Source: a virus
Direction: 5' to 3' (one strand)
Virus record (IMG/VR): IMGVR_UViG_3300045988_098233
Coordinates: 6,748 to 70,747 of that record
Length of the DNA: 64,000 nt
Positions within the stretch are counted from its first letter, which is position 1. Every line of letters begins with the position of its first letter. Below the pieces are notes generated by a model, which saw only the letters and a list, made by a program, of their open reading frames with translations, was not told the DNA's origin and did no database searches. The translations under genes and the position numbers were made by a program. Below, piece after piece: positions 1 through 10,046 of the stretch.

Positions 1-1660
1 GCACGTCCAGCCCGCCCTTAACGGCATCGGTGCTCACCATGCTTTGGATGAACTCCGTCCATTCGTTTTTCAGAATGTTTGTCTTGCGGGTCCAACTGTC
101 CAGTGCGTTCTCAATTTCCTTGTCCGCGCTGCCTACGGCGTTGGCGTAGTCCTTCAGCATGGACTGGTACATATCCCAGTTCTGGATCAGAGCCAGAAGC
201 TGAGAGGTCCGCAGCTTGCCGCCGATGTCGCTGACCATCTCCATCAGCTTTTGTTCGGTCAGCAGCCCGTCCTTCATGCTCTGGGCAAGGCCCCCGATGG
301 CCTCCATGGGGTCAATGACCTCGCCGGTGGCCTTCGCCGCTTCATACGCAGCCGGGGCGTACTCCCGGATCACGTCTTTCAATCCGGCGATCTCCCCGGT
401 AGTCCACGTCACGCCCTCGTCGATCTCGGTTTTCGTGTCCCCCACGATGTTCAGCACCAGTGCCCGGAACGCACGGGCCGCTTCGCTGCCGCTCCGCTGG
501 GTCACGGCGGTGATCGTACCGATTGCCGCCGTCAGTTCATCGATCCCCACATGGGCCTGTGCCGCCACCGGGGCCACGGTCCCCAAGCCCTCCGCCAGCT
601 TTTCAATGCTGGTGGCGTACTTGTTGTCGATCTCGTTGGCGCCGTCCAGCACCTTGGTCAATGCGTCAATGTTTCCCTTGTACTGATACGCCGCGTCCAC
701 GGACAACAGGAACTGCTGTGCCGTTTCCGCGTTGGTGTCGCCCACTAATTTTGTCTTGGTGGCCAGCTCCGCCAGCGCGTCCGCCTGTTCGCCGTAACCG
801 GCACGGGCAAACGCCGCCACAGAGTTCAGATATTCGTCCGCCGCCTCGCCGTAGGCCGATGCCGTCTCATACGCCCGGTCCCGCAGTTCCTCCATCTGCT
901 CTGCTGTAAAGCCAGTTACCTTGCGGACCGTCACCATCTCATCGTCTACGGCCTTCATGGTGGAAATGGCGTCTCGGAAAGCCCCAATGGTCTTGGAAAC
1001 GATAGTGCCCACCACTTGCCATTGCAGCATTTTCAGGTAGGCGTTGGTAAAACTGTCCCCTAACAGGTTGGTTTTCTCAGTCATCTCCTTCGTGCCCTTC
1101 TGGACCTTATCGGAGGTGTTCAAAAACGCTCTTTCAAATACACCGGCACTGTCCGCAGCGCTCTTGGCGGCATTCCCGATGCCCACCATGCCCTCGATCT
1201 GCCGCTGGATCGATGTGGGATTATAAGGGGTGTTCTGCGCTGCTCTGGTCTGCTGCTGTAAATAGGCGTTGGCCTGCCGGGTGGCTTTCAGTTCTGCGGC
1301 CGCGGCTTTCTCCGCCGCTTGGGCCTGCTGTCGGTAGTTCCGGGTCACGGTCTGCTGGGTCACAGCAAGATCCCCCGTCTCCTTGTTCAGCGTCGCCACC
1401 ACGCGGGTGGTCTCTCCCAGCCGTGCGGAGAAATCCCGCACCTGCCGCGTGGCCTGCCCGTTTGCGTCAAAGGTGGTGGAGACCTTCTGCAAGTTCCCCG
1501 CCAGCTTCCCGGCGGCATTGGCCGCGCCGTTCAGACCCTGCGCCGTGCCGTTCAGATTCACCTTTGTGGAAGAAACCGACGCAACCTCCTGCTTCAGCTT
1601 TGCGATCTCCGCCCGGACCTCTGTAAAATCGGGTACGCCCTTAAAGATAATTTTTGCCAT
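1..1660 (-). CDS. phage tail tape measure protein, N-terminal part (gene runs off left edge)
   Basis: Truncated ORF absent from the track. My minus-strand translation from ATG 1660-1658 (MAKIIFKGVPDFTEVRAEIAKLKQEV...) stays open to position 1. Coiled-coil N-term, then a TP901-type tape-measure core (KLVGDTNAETAQQFLLSVDAAYQ, LAEGLGTVAPVAAQA, QRSGSEAARAFRALVLNIVGD). Confidence 0.85.
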   Translation of the reverse strand, partial: MAKIIFKGVPDFTEVRAEIAKLKQEVASVSSTKVNLNGTAQGLNGAANAAGKLAGNLQKVSTTFDANGQATRQVRDFSARLGETTRVVATLNKETGDLAVTQQTVTRNYRQQAQAAEKAAAAELKATRQANAYLQQQTRAAQNTPYNPTSIQRQIEGMVGIGNAAKSAADSAGVFERAFLNTSDKVQKGTKEMTEKTNLLGDSFTNAYLKMLQWQVVGTIVSKTIGAFRDAISTMKAVDDEMVTVRKVTGFTAEQMEELRDRAYETASAYGEAADEYLNSVAAFARAGYGEQADALAELATKTKLVGDTNAETAQQFLLSVDAAYQYKGNIDALTKVLDGANEIDNKYATSIEKLAEGLGTVAPVAAQAHVGIDELTAAIGTITAVTQRSGSEAARAFRALVLNIVGDTKTEIDEGVTWTTGEIAGLKDVIREYAPAAYEAAKATGEVIDPMEAIGGLAQSMKDGLLTEQKLMEMVSDIGGKLRTSQLLALIQNWDMYQSMLKDYANAVGSADKEIENALDSWTRKTNILKNEWTEFIQSMVSTDAVKGGLDV

Positions 1661-1682
1661 GCTTCACCGCCCTGCCTTTACT

Positions 1683-2264
1683 TCAATATCCTTCGTCACC
1701 CTCCCGGCCCGTGTAGCCGTTGGCTTCGATCTGTAATTCTGCGTCCTGTTGGTTCATGGCCCGTACCAGCGTTTCCTCCGCCCGTCCGCTTTCTACCAGT
1801 TCCGTGACAAAATTTTCAAAAAACGGTCTGGCCGGGGGTCTCCGGGTCCAGTCATAGGGCGGGTCCAGATGCTCAATGCGCCCGATCAGTGTGTCTCCGT
1901 TCAACGGGTTTTCCACCTGTTCGCTCTCGCCGCTGGGCTGGTAATCCATGGAAACGCTGTCCTCTGTCACCGCAAACTCCGTGTTGCCGTCGATGTCGGC
2001 CAAGCCGCCGTATTCTCCCCGCCGGATATATTCCTTTGGGTCGAATTTTTCGTATACGTCGCCCTGCACGTGCTCGAAAAGGCATTGGGACAGATCCTCC
2101 CGCAGCGTGGGCATGGCCCCCGCCAGCGCCGCCTTGAACCGCTGTTCCAGTGCCGCCATGTCCTCGTCCAGCCCTGTGATCCTGACAGATGCGCTCCCGC
2201 TCATATCCCCGCTCCTTTCCATCATTTTCGTGATCTCACGAAAATGGTCCCAGGCATACGCCAA
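1683..2264 (-). CDS. hypothetical protein immediately upstream of tape measure (tail-chaperone position)
   Basis: 193-aa ORF-track ORF with TTG start, acidic. Assigned by position only. Confidence 0.45.
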   Translation of the reverse strand: MAYAWDHFREITKMMERSGDMSGSASVRITGLDEDMAALEQRFKAALAGAMPTLREDLSQCLFEHVQGDVYEKFDPKEYIRRGEYGGLADIDGNTEFAVTEDSVSMDYQPSGESEQVENPLNGDTLIGRIEHLDPPYDWTRRPPARPFFENFVTELVESGRAEETLVRAMNQQDAELQIEANGYTGREGDEGY

Positions 2265-2302
2265 AGCATGAGATCCTCATGCCCTCCCGTCTGCCGGGGA
2301 TC

Positions 2303-2379
2303 AAAAAGCGGGGCCGACCGCCGGGTTTCCCCGTCAGTCAGCCCCGCTCGGCTCATCCTATCCAACGCTTAGGATAAGG
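2303..2379 (-). promoter_or_regulatory. conserved-loop hairpin (loop UAAGCGUU) plus intrinsic terminator, copy C
   Basis: Minus sense: CCUUAUCC-UAAGCGUU-GGAUAGG (2379-2357), then GCGGGGC...GCCCCGC hairpin plus U5 (2347-2303). Confidence 0.55.
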
Positions 2380-2396
2380 CGTTTTTGGTGTGTCCC

Positions 2397-3524
2397 TTAC
2401 TCGGCGGTGACTTCCAGAACCGCCTGCGCGGTGTACTTGGCCGCCCCCTCGGCGGGATACTGGATGGCGATGCTCCCGGTGCCCTGAGTACTCCCGGCGG
2501 TCACAATGCCGTCCTTGGAGACCGTGGTCCCGGTAGCAGTCCCGGCGGTCACGGTATACTTCAGCAGGCTTGCGGGAGAGGGCGTCACCAGTTCCCCGTT
2601 TTTCATAACCAGCTTGGCATTCACGGGGGCAGTGCCGCTGACGGCCACGCTCACCACGCCGCCGATGACGGCGATCCCCGCTACCTCATCGCTTTCCTCG
2701 TCGGGAACCAGCACCACGTAGGCGGAAGTGCCCATGCCGCCGCAAGCGTCGCACTCGGCGGAGATCACATCAGCGTCCTCGTTGATGGCGCGGCCGGTAA
2801 TGGTGGTGGTGTCGTAGTTGGACTGGTCGCCGGTGGTGTTGGCCCCTTCGGGGTTCAGATACAGGCGGGGTACGATCAGGTAGGCCCAGCCCCAGCGGGT
2901 GCCCTTGTTCTTGCCGGACACGTTCTGGTATACGGCGATCTGCGCGGTGAAGTGGACGATGCGGCCATTAAAGGCGCTGTGCACCACGCCCACCTGAGCC
3001 GCGGGCTTCCGGGCAAAGTACCACACCTTGTAACTCTTGCCGCTCTCAGCGGTGAAGCCGGTAATGGCGCCGGTGGCGGGGTCAATGGGATAAGGAACGC
3101 CGCCCACAGAGTAGGAGGAAGCCGCGCCCACCTCCTGCACGTAGCAGAAAATGGAGGAATAGCCGTACTGGGCCACAGGCACCAGCTTACTCACGTCGGC
3201 CTTCAGGGAAGTGCCCGTGGCCTCCACCGTCTGACAGACGGGAGAAACGGCGTTGTAGCTCACGGTGCCGCCCACAGCCATCATCTTGCTCATCAGGTCG
3301 AAGTCCGCGCGGGTGAAGTTCACCTGCGTGTCGGAATCGCTTGCAATGATGGTGGCGATGCCGTTGCCCAGACCGGCCCGCAGAGGGTCGATGTTGCCGG
3401 AGAACTGGATGTTACCGGTGGAGAACTTGTCGCTCTGGCTCAGAACCTCGCCGGTAACAGGGTCCTGAAGCTGTGCGGAGCAAATGCCCTTCGGGTAGAG
3501 TCTCTTGTCAGTAAAAGTGATCAT
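2397..3524 (-). CDS. putative major tail protein with C-terminal Ig-like domain
   Basis: 375 aa. The C-terminal ~90 aa are Big_2-like (VSVAVSGTAPVNAKL...KYTVTAGTATGTTVSKDGIVTAGSTQGTGSIAIQY). Lies two genes upstream of the tape measure. Confidence 0.5.
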   Translation of the reverse strand: MITFTDKRLYPKGICSAQLQDPVTGEVLSQSDKFSTGNIQFSGNIDPLRAGLGNGIATIIASDSDTQVNFTRADFDLMSKMMAVGGTVSYNAVSPVCQTVEATGTSLKADVSKLVPVAQYGYSSIFCYVQEVGAASSYSVGGVPYPIDPATGAITGFTAESGKSYKVWYFARKPAAQVGVVHSAFNGRIVHFTAQIAVYQNVSGKNKGTRWGWAYLIVPRLYLNPEGANTTGDQSNYDTTTITGRAINEDADVISAECDACGGMGTSAYVVLVPDEESDEVAGIAVIGGVVSVAVSGTAPVNAKLVMKNGELVTPSPASLLKYTVTAGTATGTTVSKDGIVTAGSTQGTGSIAIQYPAEGAAKYTAQAVLEVTAE

Positions 3525-3541
3525 GTCTGTTCACACTCCTT

Positions 3542-4345
3542 TTAAATTTGTTCCTTGTTGTTGGTAAATTGACTCAGCGGGGTTACGGCCCCCGCATCCT
3601 CCCGCTCCCGGTCATAGAAAAGGTGGGGTACAGGGTTCCCGCCCTTCCACTTCACGCCGTTGCCCTCCGAAATGCCGCAGATCAGATAATCTGCCGCCCG
3701 CTGGATGGCTTCCTGACGCCGTTTCAGCTTTAAAATAGGCCATTCGTCCATCTCCGTTTCCTCGCATCCGGTAAACAGGGCGATGGAGGAAAGCAGACCG
3801 GCTGGGTCCCGTCGCAGCTTCGGCCCGTTTCTCCGGGCCAGCTCCGCCTCCGCTTCCAACAGGTCCGGGTTGGCGTCCTCATCCGTCAACTCAATGCCGT
3901 TCTGATAGGCCAGAATAGCCCTGAGCCGCTGGAATTGTACCGGGGTAATGGTGATTTCTTCCTCGCCGTTCCATGTAAAGCATATCCCCTTTAAATCCAT
4001 TGTGTTTTCAGGTGAAAGTTTCACATGAAACAGGCGGATGCGGTCCGAAAGGCTCCGGCCCTCCCCCAGCCGCAGCGCCAGCGCCAAAAACGCCAGCGCC
4101 CGGTTAAAAAGGCCCACAGGTTCCTCCCCCCGCTCCATGCTTTCCAGATCCATGACCCAATAGGCTGTCAGCAGAGGCATGACCGCATAGCGCACAGGGA
4201 GCGCCTGCTGGATCACGTCAATGGCGGGTCTCGCCCGCTCAAATTCCTCCCGCTCACAGACCCGGATGGGCCATAGGGTCAGTCCGGCGGTTTCTACGGG
4301 TTCGTAACGGTCCGCCGCCCGCTTGATATTCCGTGAGAGTTCCAT
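3542..4345 (-). CDS. hypothetical virion-module protein
   Basis: 267-aa ORF, tightly packed in the minus operon. No family recognised. Confidence 0.5.
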   Translation of the reverse strand: MELSRNIKRAADRYEPVETAGLTLWPIRVCEREEFERARPAIDVIQQALPVRYAVMPLLTAYWVMDLESMERGEEPVGLFNRALAFLALALRLGEGRSLSDRIRLFHVKLSPENTMDLKGICFTWNGEEEITITPVQFQRLRAILAYQNGIELTDEDANPDLLEAEAELARRNGPKLRRDPAGLLSSIALFTGCEETEMDEWPILKLKRRQEAIQRAADYLICGISEGNGVKWKGGNPVPHLFYDREREDAGAVTPLSQFTNNKEQI

Positions 4346-4376
4346 TCCTTTAATTCATCCTCTCCAATATCTGAAA

Positions 4377-4679
4377 TTAAATGGCAATGCCTGCGGTGGC
4401 AAACAGCGCCGCAATACAGGCCCCGGCGATCAGCCAGATCACTTTGTCCACGAGGCTGTCCCACCGTTTGGCGGACTTCCCTTCCATCTCCGTCATTTTC
4501 TCATCGATCCGGCTCACCTTTGTCCCCATTTCTTCCTGCTTGGTTGCCATTACCTCTACGCTGGCAGTCAGTTTGATCAGCGCCTGCTGATCCCGCTCCA
4601 CATCGGCCATGCGGTGATTCAGAGATTTGATCTCGTGCTCGTGGCCCTCTATTTTTACGGCTGCTTCTTCCATGTTCAT
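4377..4679 (-). CDS. XhlA-like coiled-coil membrane protein (lysis-associated family)
   Basis: 100 aa. Long coiled coil followed by a single C-terminal TM (VIWLIAGACIAALFATAGIAI), the architecture of PBSX XhlA. Confidence 0.55.
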   Translation of the reverse strand: MNMEEAAVKIEGHEHEIKSLNHRMADVERDQQALIKLTASVEVMATKQEEMGTKVSRIDEKMTEMEGKSAKRWDSLVDKVIWLIAGACIAALFATAGIAI

Positions 4680-4703
4680 GGTGGCTGTCCTCCCGTTGTG
4701 AAT

Positions 4704-5408
4704 TTAGTAGTCCTCAATGGTGTCCCCCATGGCGACTTCGCTTTCCGCCCAATGGATGCTCATTTTCAGTTCCCGGCCTACCACCGTGCCCGTCTGGTCA
4801 TAGACCGGGCGGCTGCCGTTGTCTGCGTGGGCGATACGGGAGAAGTCGCACACGCCGATCCCCGCTATGTTCACCCCGTTCAGTGCTTCGATGATGCACT
4901 GCTCCATATCGTAGGCTCTGGAATATGCCTCCGTTTTCGTGGTGGTCTCCTGATTCACGTTGCAGGCAATTACAAAGGTAATGCCGATCCGCGCGTCAAA
5001 GGGCGTCTGTGAAAAAATGCGGCCCAGATAGCACTTGATCATGCTTTTCGCCTCCGTCTGGGCTTCCCCCCAGAACTTCTGGGCGTAAAGGCGATACCCT
5101 TTTGGGTGCTTGCGGCGCTGGGTGCTGCTGTCTACCACAGGCTCGTTCCCGTCAAAAAGAAGGCTCTGCTTTTCCTTGGCCGTGGGCAGCCGCTCTCCCA
5201 GCGGCTTGGCCCCGTCATGCCATAGATATTTCATCAGCCGGACACGGGGGCGGGTGTTGTCATCCACCGGCTCGTAGCCGTCCGGCAGCGGCAGGTCCAT
5301 CAGATAGGTCAACAGCTTGTGGGGGATCTCCTCCGCCCCACGGAAGGTCAGAAAACCGGTCTGTACCCGCTCGTAGGGATAGGTGGGGCTGTGGAAGGCC
5401 GGATTCAT
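4704..5408 (-). CDS. hypothetical virion-module protein
   Basis: 234-aa ORF overlapping the upstream gene by 4 nt. Confidence 0.5.
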   Translation of the reverse strand: MNPAFHSPTYPYERVQTGFLTFRGAEEIPHKLLTYLMDLPLPDGYEPVDDNTRPRVRLMKYLWHDGAKPLGERLPTAKEKQSLLFDGNEPVVDSSTQRRKHPKGYRLYAQKFWGEAQTEAKSMIKCYLGRIFSQTPFDARIGITFVIACNVNQETTTKTEAYSRAYDMEQCIIEALNGVNIAGIGVCDFSRIAHADNGSRPVYDQTGTVVGRELKMSIHWAESEVAMGDTIEDY

Positions 5409-5977
5409 TGTGCGCCGCCCTTCCGCTGCTGAAAGGCCGCGTCAAAGGCGCTCCGGGCCTCTTTCAGATCGTCCAGCGTCTTTTGCACCGCCTCCGGCGT
5501 CATGCTCTGCGCCGCAAGATCCTGAAACCGGCTCACGGGATCGTTCATGGCTTGCAGCATCCCGTAAATCTCCGTTTTCAGCATCTTTTCCAGATCACGG
5601 TAGTCCGCCAGCAGGTCAAAGGCTTTGTCCCGCAGCTCCGGCCCCTTCCCCTTCATGCGGTCGATCTGGTTGAAGATGTGACCTCCGGCCCACCGGTCAT
5701 AGTCATCGGCGGACATGAGGTAGGTTTCTCCCTCCACCGGCTCAAAGTCCGCTCCCAGATACAGCTTCACAAAGCCGCCCATGAGATACCGGCTTCTCCG
5801 CTCCACGTTCTCCTTGAAGTAGGGGAGCACCTGTCCCCCCTCTACCCGGACCTCCATCCGATCAAAGCACCGTCCGGCGCACTCCGCCGCAAACGCCGCC
5901 TTTTCCATCAGGGGTACATAGTCTCTGGCTGCCAGCAGCCCTTCCTCCGTTAGTTTTTTCCATTCCATATACGTCAT
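5405..5977 (-). CDS. hypothetical virion-module protein
   Basis: 190-aa ORF, operon packing. Confidence 0.5.
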   Translation of the reverse strand: MTYMEWKKLTEEGLLAARDYVPLMEKAAFAAECAGRCFDRMEVRVEGGQVLPYFKENVERRSRYLMGGFVKLYLGADFEPVEGETYLMSADDYDRWAGGHIFNQIDRMKGKGPELRDKAFDLLADYRDLEKMLKTEIYGMLQAMNDPVSRFQDLAAQSMTPEAVQKTLDDLKEARSAFDAAFQQRKGGAQ

Positions 5978-5982
5978 TCCTT

Positions 5983-6180
5983 TCAGATTTTTTGGAATTT
6001 CTCACGGTCAATCCCCCGCAGGGGGCACACCGCCGCCTGCGGTGTATTCTCCCACTGCCCGGTCACGCCGCATAAATGCTGGTGTCCGCAGATGGGGAAT
6101 TTCTGCCCCGGCTGCATCTCACACAGCAAGCTCACCGTTCCGGGCCGCTTGTAGGCGTATGGACACTTCTCTGCCATCAC
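5983..6180 (-). CDS. small Cys-rich hypothetical protein
   Basis: 65 aa, several Cys/His, 4-nt overlap with the upstream gene. Confidence 0.4.
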   Translation of the reverse strand: MMAEKCPYAYKRPGTVSLLCEMQPGQKFPICGHQHLCGVTGQWENTPQAAVCPLRGIDREKFQKI

Positions 6181-7499
6181 AAGCCCTCCAATTCGATCTC
6201 CGCGCTGACGCTTTCACCCTCGCATCTGGCCGTTACCGTCAGCGGTTTCGGGCTGTTCCCCCAGCACCTCACTGTCAACCGGTTCCCATTGACACTCACG
6301 CTGTAAGAACCCTCTGCGGCTCCCTCATAGGTCCACTCCACTGCCGCGTCCTGGCGAACGCCGCCGATAAACAGCGCCGCCTCCAAGGTCTCTACATCGT
6401 AGGGGGCCATATACCGGGGAACCTCGTTCAAAAACCGTACCGCCGGTGTTTTTGCCGCCGATGCCTCCACCGTCACGGCGAAGGTCCCGCCGTAAGTCCG
6501 GTTTTGGTCCAGCACCGCCGTGATTTGGCAGGTGCCCTCGCCTACCGCTGTTACCACGCCTTTGCTGTCCACCGTGGCCACGTTGGTGTCGCTGGAACAC
6601 CATACATAGCCGATGGGGTGTTCCTCCGTGTTCTCCACCTCGGCCCCGTTCCGCCGGGAAGCAGCGGTGAATTGGAAGGCATCCCCCGCTGTCATGCGGG
6701 GCGCCCCGGTGACAAATACCGCCCAGGAGAAGTTCTTCCCCCCTGCCACCTTCGCTTCCAGATCGTCGATCTCGTGGTTCGGCTCCTGCATCCGGGCGTT
6801 GAAATACAGCAGGTGTGTGCTTTCATCGTCCCCGGTGAACTCCTGCGTCACGTCGGAGTAGCCCGTGATCTGGTAGGCCCGCCGCCCTAAGATCAGGCGG
6901 CTGTTCTGGTCTAACTGCTCCGTGTTGGCGTTTCGCTGGCAGATAATGTTGAAATATCCCTGCATGATGAGGGTCATTTCCTGAAAATCGTTGGCTGTGG
7001 CCTGCGCCAAGGACTTTTCCACAAGGATCGGTTCTTCTCGGATGTTCCCGTACCAGTCCAGAAACCGCCACACGGCGTTGCACCGCCGCATGATCCCGGT
7101 CCCTATTGCGCTGGACAGGTTGGATGGGTTCGTCACCAGCCAGTAGGAACCCATGGTCTCCACCTTGGCCCCCTCCGGGATGTAGTTCACTCCGGCGTCC
7201 GCCACCAGAAATGCCTTCTGATCATCGGTTTTCCGGGTGAGGCTGACGCCTTGCTTGGTGGTGTCGGAAAGCCGGATACGCTTTGTGCTCCACCGGTAGA
7301 AGTCACCGGAAACCAAGCCCTGCATCCGGGCCGTCACAAAGTCCGTGGCGTAAGGAGCCATTTCCTCCACAAACCGGGCCGTGGCATCCGCAAAATACTG
7401 CCGCTTCCGATCCCGATATTGAGGCGGTGCGTTGGTTGCCCTGCCGCTCCCGCCGCTCAGTAGGCCGATGTTTTTCATGCCGTGCTTGGCGTTCGCCAT
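6177..7499 (-). CDS. structural protein with Big_2-type Ig-like repeats
   Basis: 440 aa. Big_2 signature WCSSDTNVATVDSKGVVTAVGEGTCQITAVL plus a second Ig-like repeat at the C-terminus. Confidence 0.55.
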   Translation of the reverse strand: MANAKHGMKNIGLLSGGSGRATNAPPQYRDRKRQYFADATARFVEEMAPYATDFVTARMQGLVSGDFYRWSTKRIRLSDTTKQGVSLTRKTDDQKAFLVADAGVNYIPEGAKVETMGSYWLVTNPSNLSSAIGTGIMRRCNAVWRFLDWYGNIREEPILVEKSLAQATANDFQEMTLIMQGYFNIICQRNANTEQLDQNSRLILGRRAYQITGYSDVTQEFTGDDESTHLLYFNARMQEPNHEIDDLEAKVAGGKNFSWAVFVTGAPRMTAGDAFQFTAASRRNGAEVENTEEHPIGYVWCSSDTNVATVDSKGVVTAVGEGTCQITAVLDQNRTYGGTFAVTVEASAAKTPAVRFLNEVPRYMAPYDVETLEAALFIGGVRQDAAVEWTYEGAAEGSYSVSVNGNRLTVRCWGNSPKPLTVTARCEGESVSAEIELEGL

Positions 7500-7514
7500 A
7501 TGCGCCCCCTCCTC

Positions 7515-8228
7515 TCAGATCAGCTCCATCTGCCGCACCGACCGGCGGAACGCCGTTGCGTATAGGCAGTCCTGCTCATACTTCCGCAATTCCTGATTCA
7601 ACAGCCCCCGGTTTTGCAGTTTCTTCTTGTTGCCCTTTTCCATGTACTGCGGCTCGTTAGGTGGGTTAAAGCTCCGGTCATGATCCTTGGGCGCGTCGCC
7701 GAGCCAGTTGCGGAAAAACCGCTCGTCCCATACGGAAGCTACGCACAAGCCCAACAGCCGCTTCTGCTCCGCTGTCAGGTCATGGGCAAAGGCCCCGTCG
7801 GTGTAGAAGTCCATTTCGTACTGCAATCCCGCGTCCATCTGGGGAGGGAAGGTCACGGTCCCGGTCTCCGGGTCATACACCGCCTCTCCATACGGTACTA
7901 AGAGTACGGACTCGTCCGGCTGCTCCGCCCGCTGTGCGCAGGAGAATAATTCGTAGCCGGTCATCCCCGTCTCCACCTTCGTCTCTTTCGCAATGCTCTC
8001 CAAGGTGGAGACCCATGCGCTGTCTGCGTAGGCGGGTTCCGTCAGTCCCTCTTTTAGGTAAGCCACCATCTCAGGGGGACGGTTGAATACCGGGATCGCG
8101 TTCTTCATGTAAAGGCTCATCCGCCGCAGAAACCGTGCGGGGCTTTCCGCCGCCTGATCCGTCAGTCTCACGTCATCAATAAAAACCATGGCATGGTCCG
8201 AAATGATCTCGCTCCAACTCGTTCCCAT
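7515..8228 (-). CDS. hypothetical protein (head-tail joining region)
   Basis: 237-aa ORF. Assigned by position only. Confidence 0.45.
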   Translation of the reverse strand: MGTSWSEIISDHAMVFIDDVRLTDQAAESPARFLRRMSLYMKNAIPVFNRPPEMVAYLKEGLTEPAYADSAWVSTLESIAKETKVETGMTGYELFSCAQRAEQPDESVLLVPYGEAVYDPETGTVTFPPQMDAGLQYEMDFYTDGAFAHDLTAEQKRLLGLCVASVWDERFFRNWLGDAPKDHDRSFNPPNEPQYMEKGNKKKLQNRGLLNQELRKYEQDCLYATAFRRSVRQMELI

Positions 8229-8240
8229 AGCCGCCCCTCC

Positions 8241-8801
8241 TTACGTTTTTGGAATGTATACCAGCACGGTCCCTCCCGGTTCCGCGTCATTCATGGCAAT
8301 GCCGTCTGCGTTGGCGGAGTCCGTCCCCGCCCCGGTCGCCAGAATTACGTTCCTTGGGTAAAGGTCCGCAGCCGGATAAAGTGATGCGTCCGGCAGCAGT
8401 GCCGTGGCCAGTGCCCCCGCTGAGTCGCTCCTGACCCCGGTTCCGGGATACAGCGCCGTGCTTGGGTACAGGCTTGCGCTGGGATACAGCCCTGCTTCCA
8501 GCTTCACATAGTCTCCGATGTTGATTTTCTTGCCGCCGGGGTTTACGGGAAATTCCCGAAAGGTCCCGGCCGCGCATAGGTAGTGGGCTTCCCCGCCGCC
8601 TTGCTTCGGCAGCGTTACCCGCTGTACGGCGTTGTATTTCACGCCCGCTATTTTCACGTTTGCCTGCCATTGGGGCAAACTTCCCGGATCTCCGCCGATG
8701 TAAATGAAATCTCCGTTCCCCGTCCCGGTGGACAGGGGGATGGATAAACGCCCCACGCCGCTGTATGTCTTGTGGTTTACAATGACGGTTGGACTTGGCA
8801 T
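8241..8801 (-). CDS. hypothetical protein with LYP(S/G/A) repeats
   Basis: 186 aa. AAAGGAG RBS upstream of ATG 8801. Repeated LYPSASLYPSTALYPG / LYPAADLYP motifs. Confidence 0.5.
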   Translation of the reverse strand: MPSPTVIVNHKTYSGVGRLSIPLSTGTGNGDFIYIGGDPGSLPQWQANVKIAGVKYNAVQRVTLPKQGGGEAHYLCAAGTFREFPVNPGGKKINIGDYVKLEAGLYPSASLYPSTALYPGTGVRSDSAGALATALLPDASLYPAADLYPRNVILATGAGTDSANADGIAMNDAEPGGTVLVYIPKT

Positions 8802-9122
8802 GAAGCGTTCTCCTTTCTGTTATTCCCCCTTCCCCCCCCAAGGTGGGGTTTCCAAAGGGGAAAGCACCAAAGCGCCGCCAGTGGCGGATAAAGCGAGGTG
8901 CTTTCGAGGAAATGGCACGATTGGCAGCCCATCAGGGCCGGGAATCGTATAGCCATGACGGTGTTAGGGCCGCAGCCCTCGCCCTTTGTGCCGTTGGGGG
9001 TCCAGGGCGAAGTCGGAACGCCCTGGTGCTTTTCTTCCGGGGTGTGGGGCGGGTTCTTTTCCAGAAAAGAATGCGCCCCACGTCCATGACATGGGAATGT
9101 CCCATTGCGGGAGCAAGCCCAT
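8802..9122 (-). ncRNA. hairpin-rich structured intergenic element, copy 1 (unknown class)
   Basis: 321 nt with no ORF. Homologous to 11803-12041. Shared blocks are ACGGCACAAAGGG(G)CG and CCCCUUUGGRAACCCC, and the hairpins keep their loops while the stems differ. Confidence 0.5.
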
Positions 9123-9623
9123 TTAGGAAATACTCAGCACCCCATCCAGCAGCGAGATCGTCGGCATGGTGGTGGTGCCTGTGACCTTTTGGCCGTTCAC
9201 ATAGGCGGTTTTGCCGGAAAGAATGTCCCCGGCAGTGGCGTCCGCGTCATCGGTGTCCACCACGGAGGTTTTACCGGCTACGCCCAGAATGGTCGCCCCG
9301 GACTTGATGTTGCCGGGAATCACCTTTCCTTGCTCCGCCTCGGAAATCTGAACGGTGCCTCCGGTGGTGTAGCCTGCAGGAATCGTGACCGTTCCGTCCA
9401 CCGTGGAAATGGTTCCGTCGGTCTTTCCGTTGTTTGGCATGGAACCGCCGATCAGGCTTCCGTTGACGTATGCGTTTTTCCCGGTCAGAATATCGCCGGC
9501 CGCCGCAGTGGCGTCACTGGTCTCCACATAGCGGGCGCTGCCGCCTCCCTCCTGCAGGGGGATCTTTACTTCTTCCACGCCCTCATACGGAACTTTGTTG
9601 ATGATTACATTTTTCTTTGCCAT
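9123..9623 (-). CDS. fibre-like protein with internal repeat
   Basis: 166 aa. Duplicated motif ATAAAGDILTGKNAYVNG / ATAGDILSGKTAYVNG. RBS AAAAGGAG. Confidence 0.5.
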   Translation of the reverse strand: MAKKNVIINKVPYEGVEEVKIPLQEGGGSARYVETSDATAAAGDILTGKNAYVNGSLIGGSMPNNGKTDGTISTVDGTVTIPAGYTTGGTVQISEAEQGKVIPGNIKSGATILGVAGKTSVVDTDDADATAGDILSGKTAYVNGQKVTGTTTMPTISLLDGVLSIS

Positions 9624-9686
9624 GTTTCCGGTCTCCTTTTAAAAATTTTCGACCCCATCAACCGTTTTATATGGGGGTTGGATTTG

Positions 9687-10046
9687 TTAAGTCACGGTGA
9701 TCTCGTCTCCGCTGTAGGTGATTTTCCCGTAGTCGCTGGGAATGGCTTCCACGATCACGCGGGACAGCGCCGCGTAGTTGGCGTCCGGCGTCACAATCTG
9801 CTGGACTCCGGACGGCACCACGGTTTTTTCCTGATAGACCCGCCCTTCTCCATCGGTGACGTTCAGAACCACGTCCTGAATGTCCATCACCATAGGCTTG
9901 AAGCAGGTCTCCGGCGTCAGTGTAGAGTGCTTGTTGGGTGTCAGCTCAGCTCCTTTGACTGCGGTCGGTTCTTCCGTGTCCGGCGGTATCCCGGCAGTGG
10001 GAACGGCGCAGCCTTCCGGGGTCAGGGTGGAGTGTTTGTTCGCCAT
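9687..10046 (-). CDS. hypothetical protein (NKHSTLTPE duplicated)
   Basis: 119-aa ORF. Confidence 0.45.
   Translation of the reverse strand: MANKHSTLTPEGCAVPTAGIPPDTEEPTAVKGAELTPNKHSTLTPETCFKPMVMDIQDVVLNVTDGEGRVYQEKTVVPSGVQQIVTPDANYAALSRVIVEAIPSDYGKITYSGDEITVT

Noticed and set aside
1660-2397. Programmed -1 frameshift tail-chaperone pair (G/GT) upstream of the tape measure
   Set aside because: Only one credible ORF (1683-2264) lies there. I saw no overlapping second frame of suitable length or an obvious slippery heptamer, so no frameshift is called.
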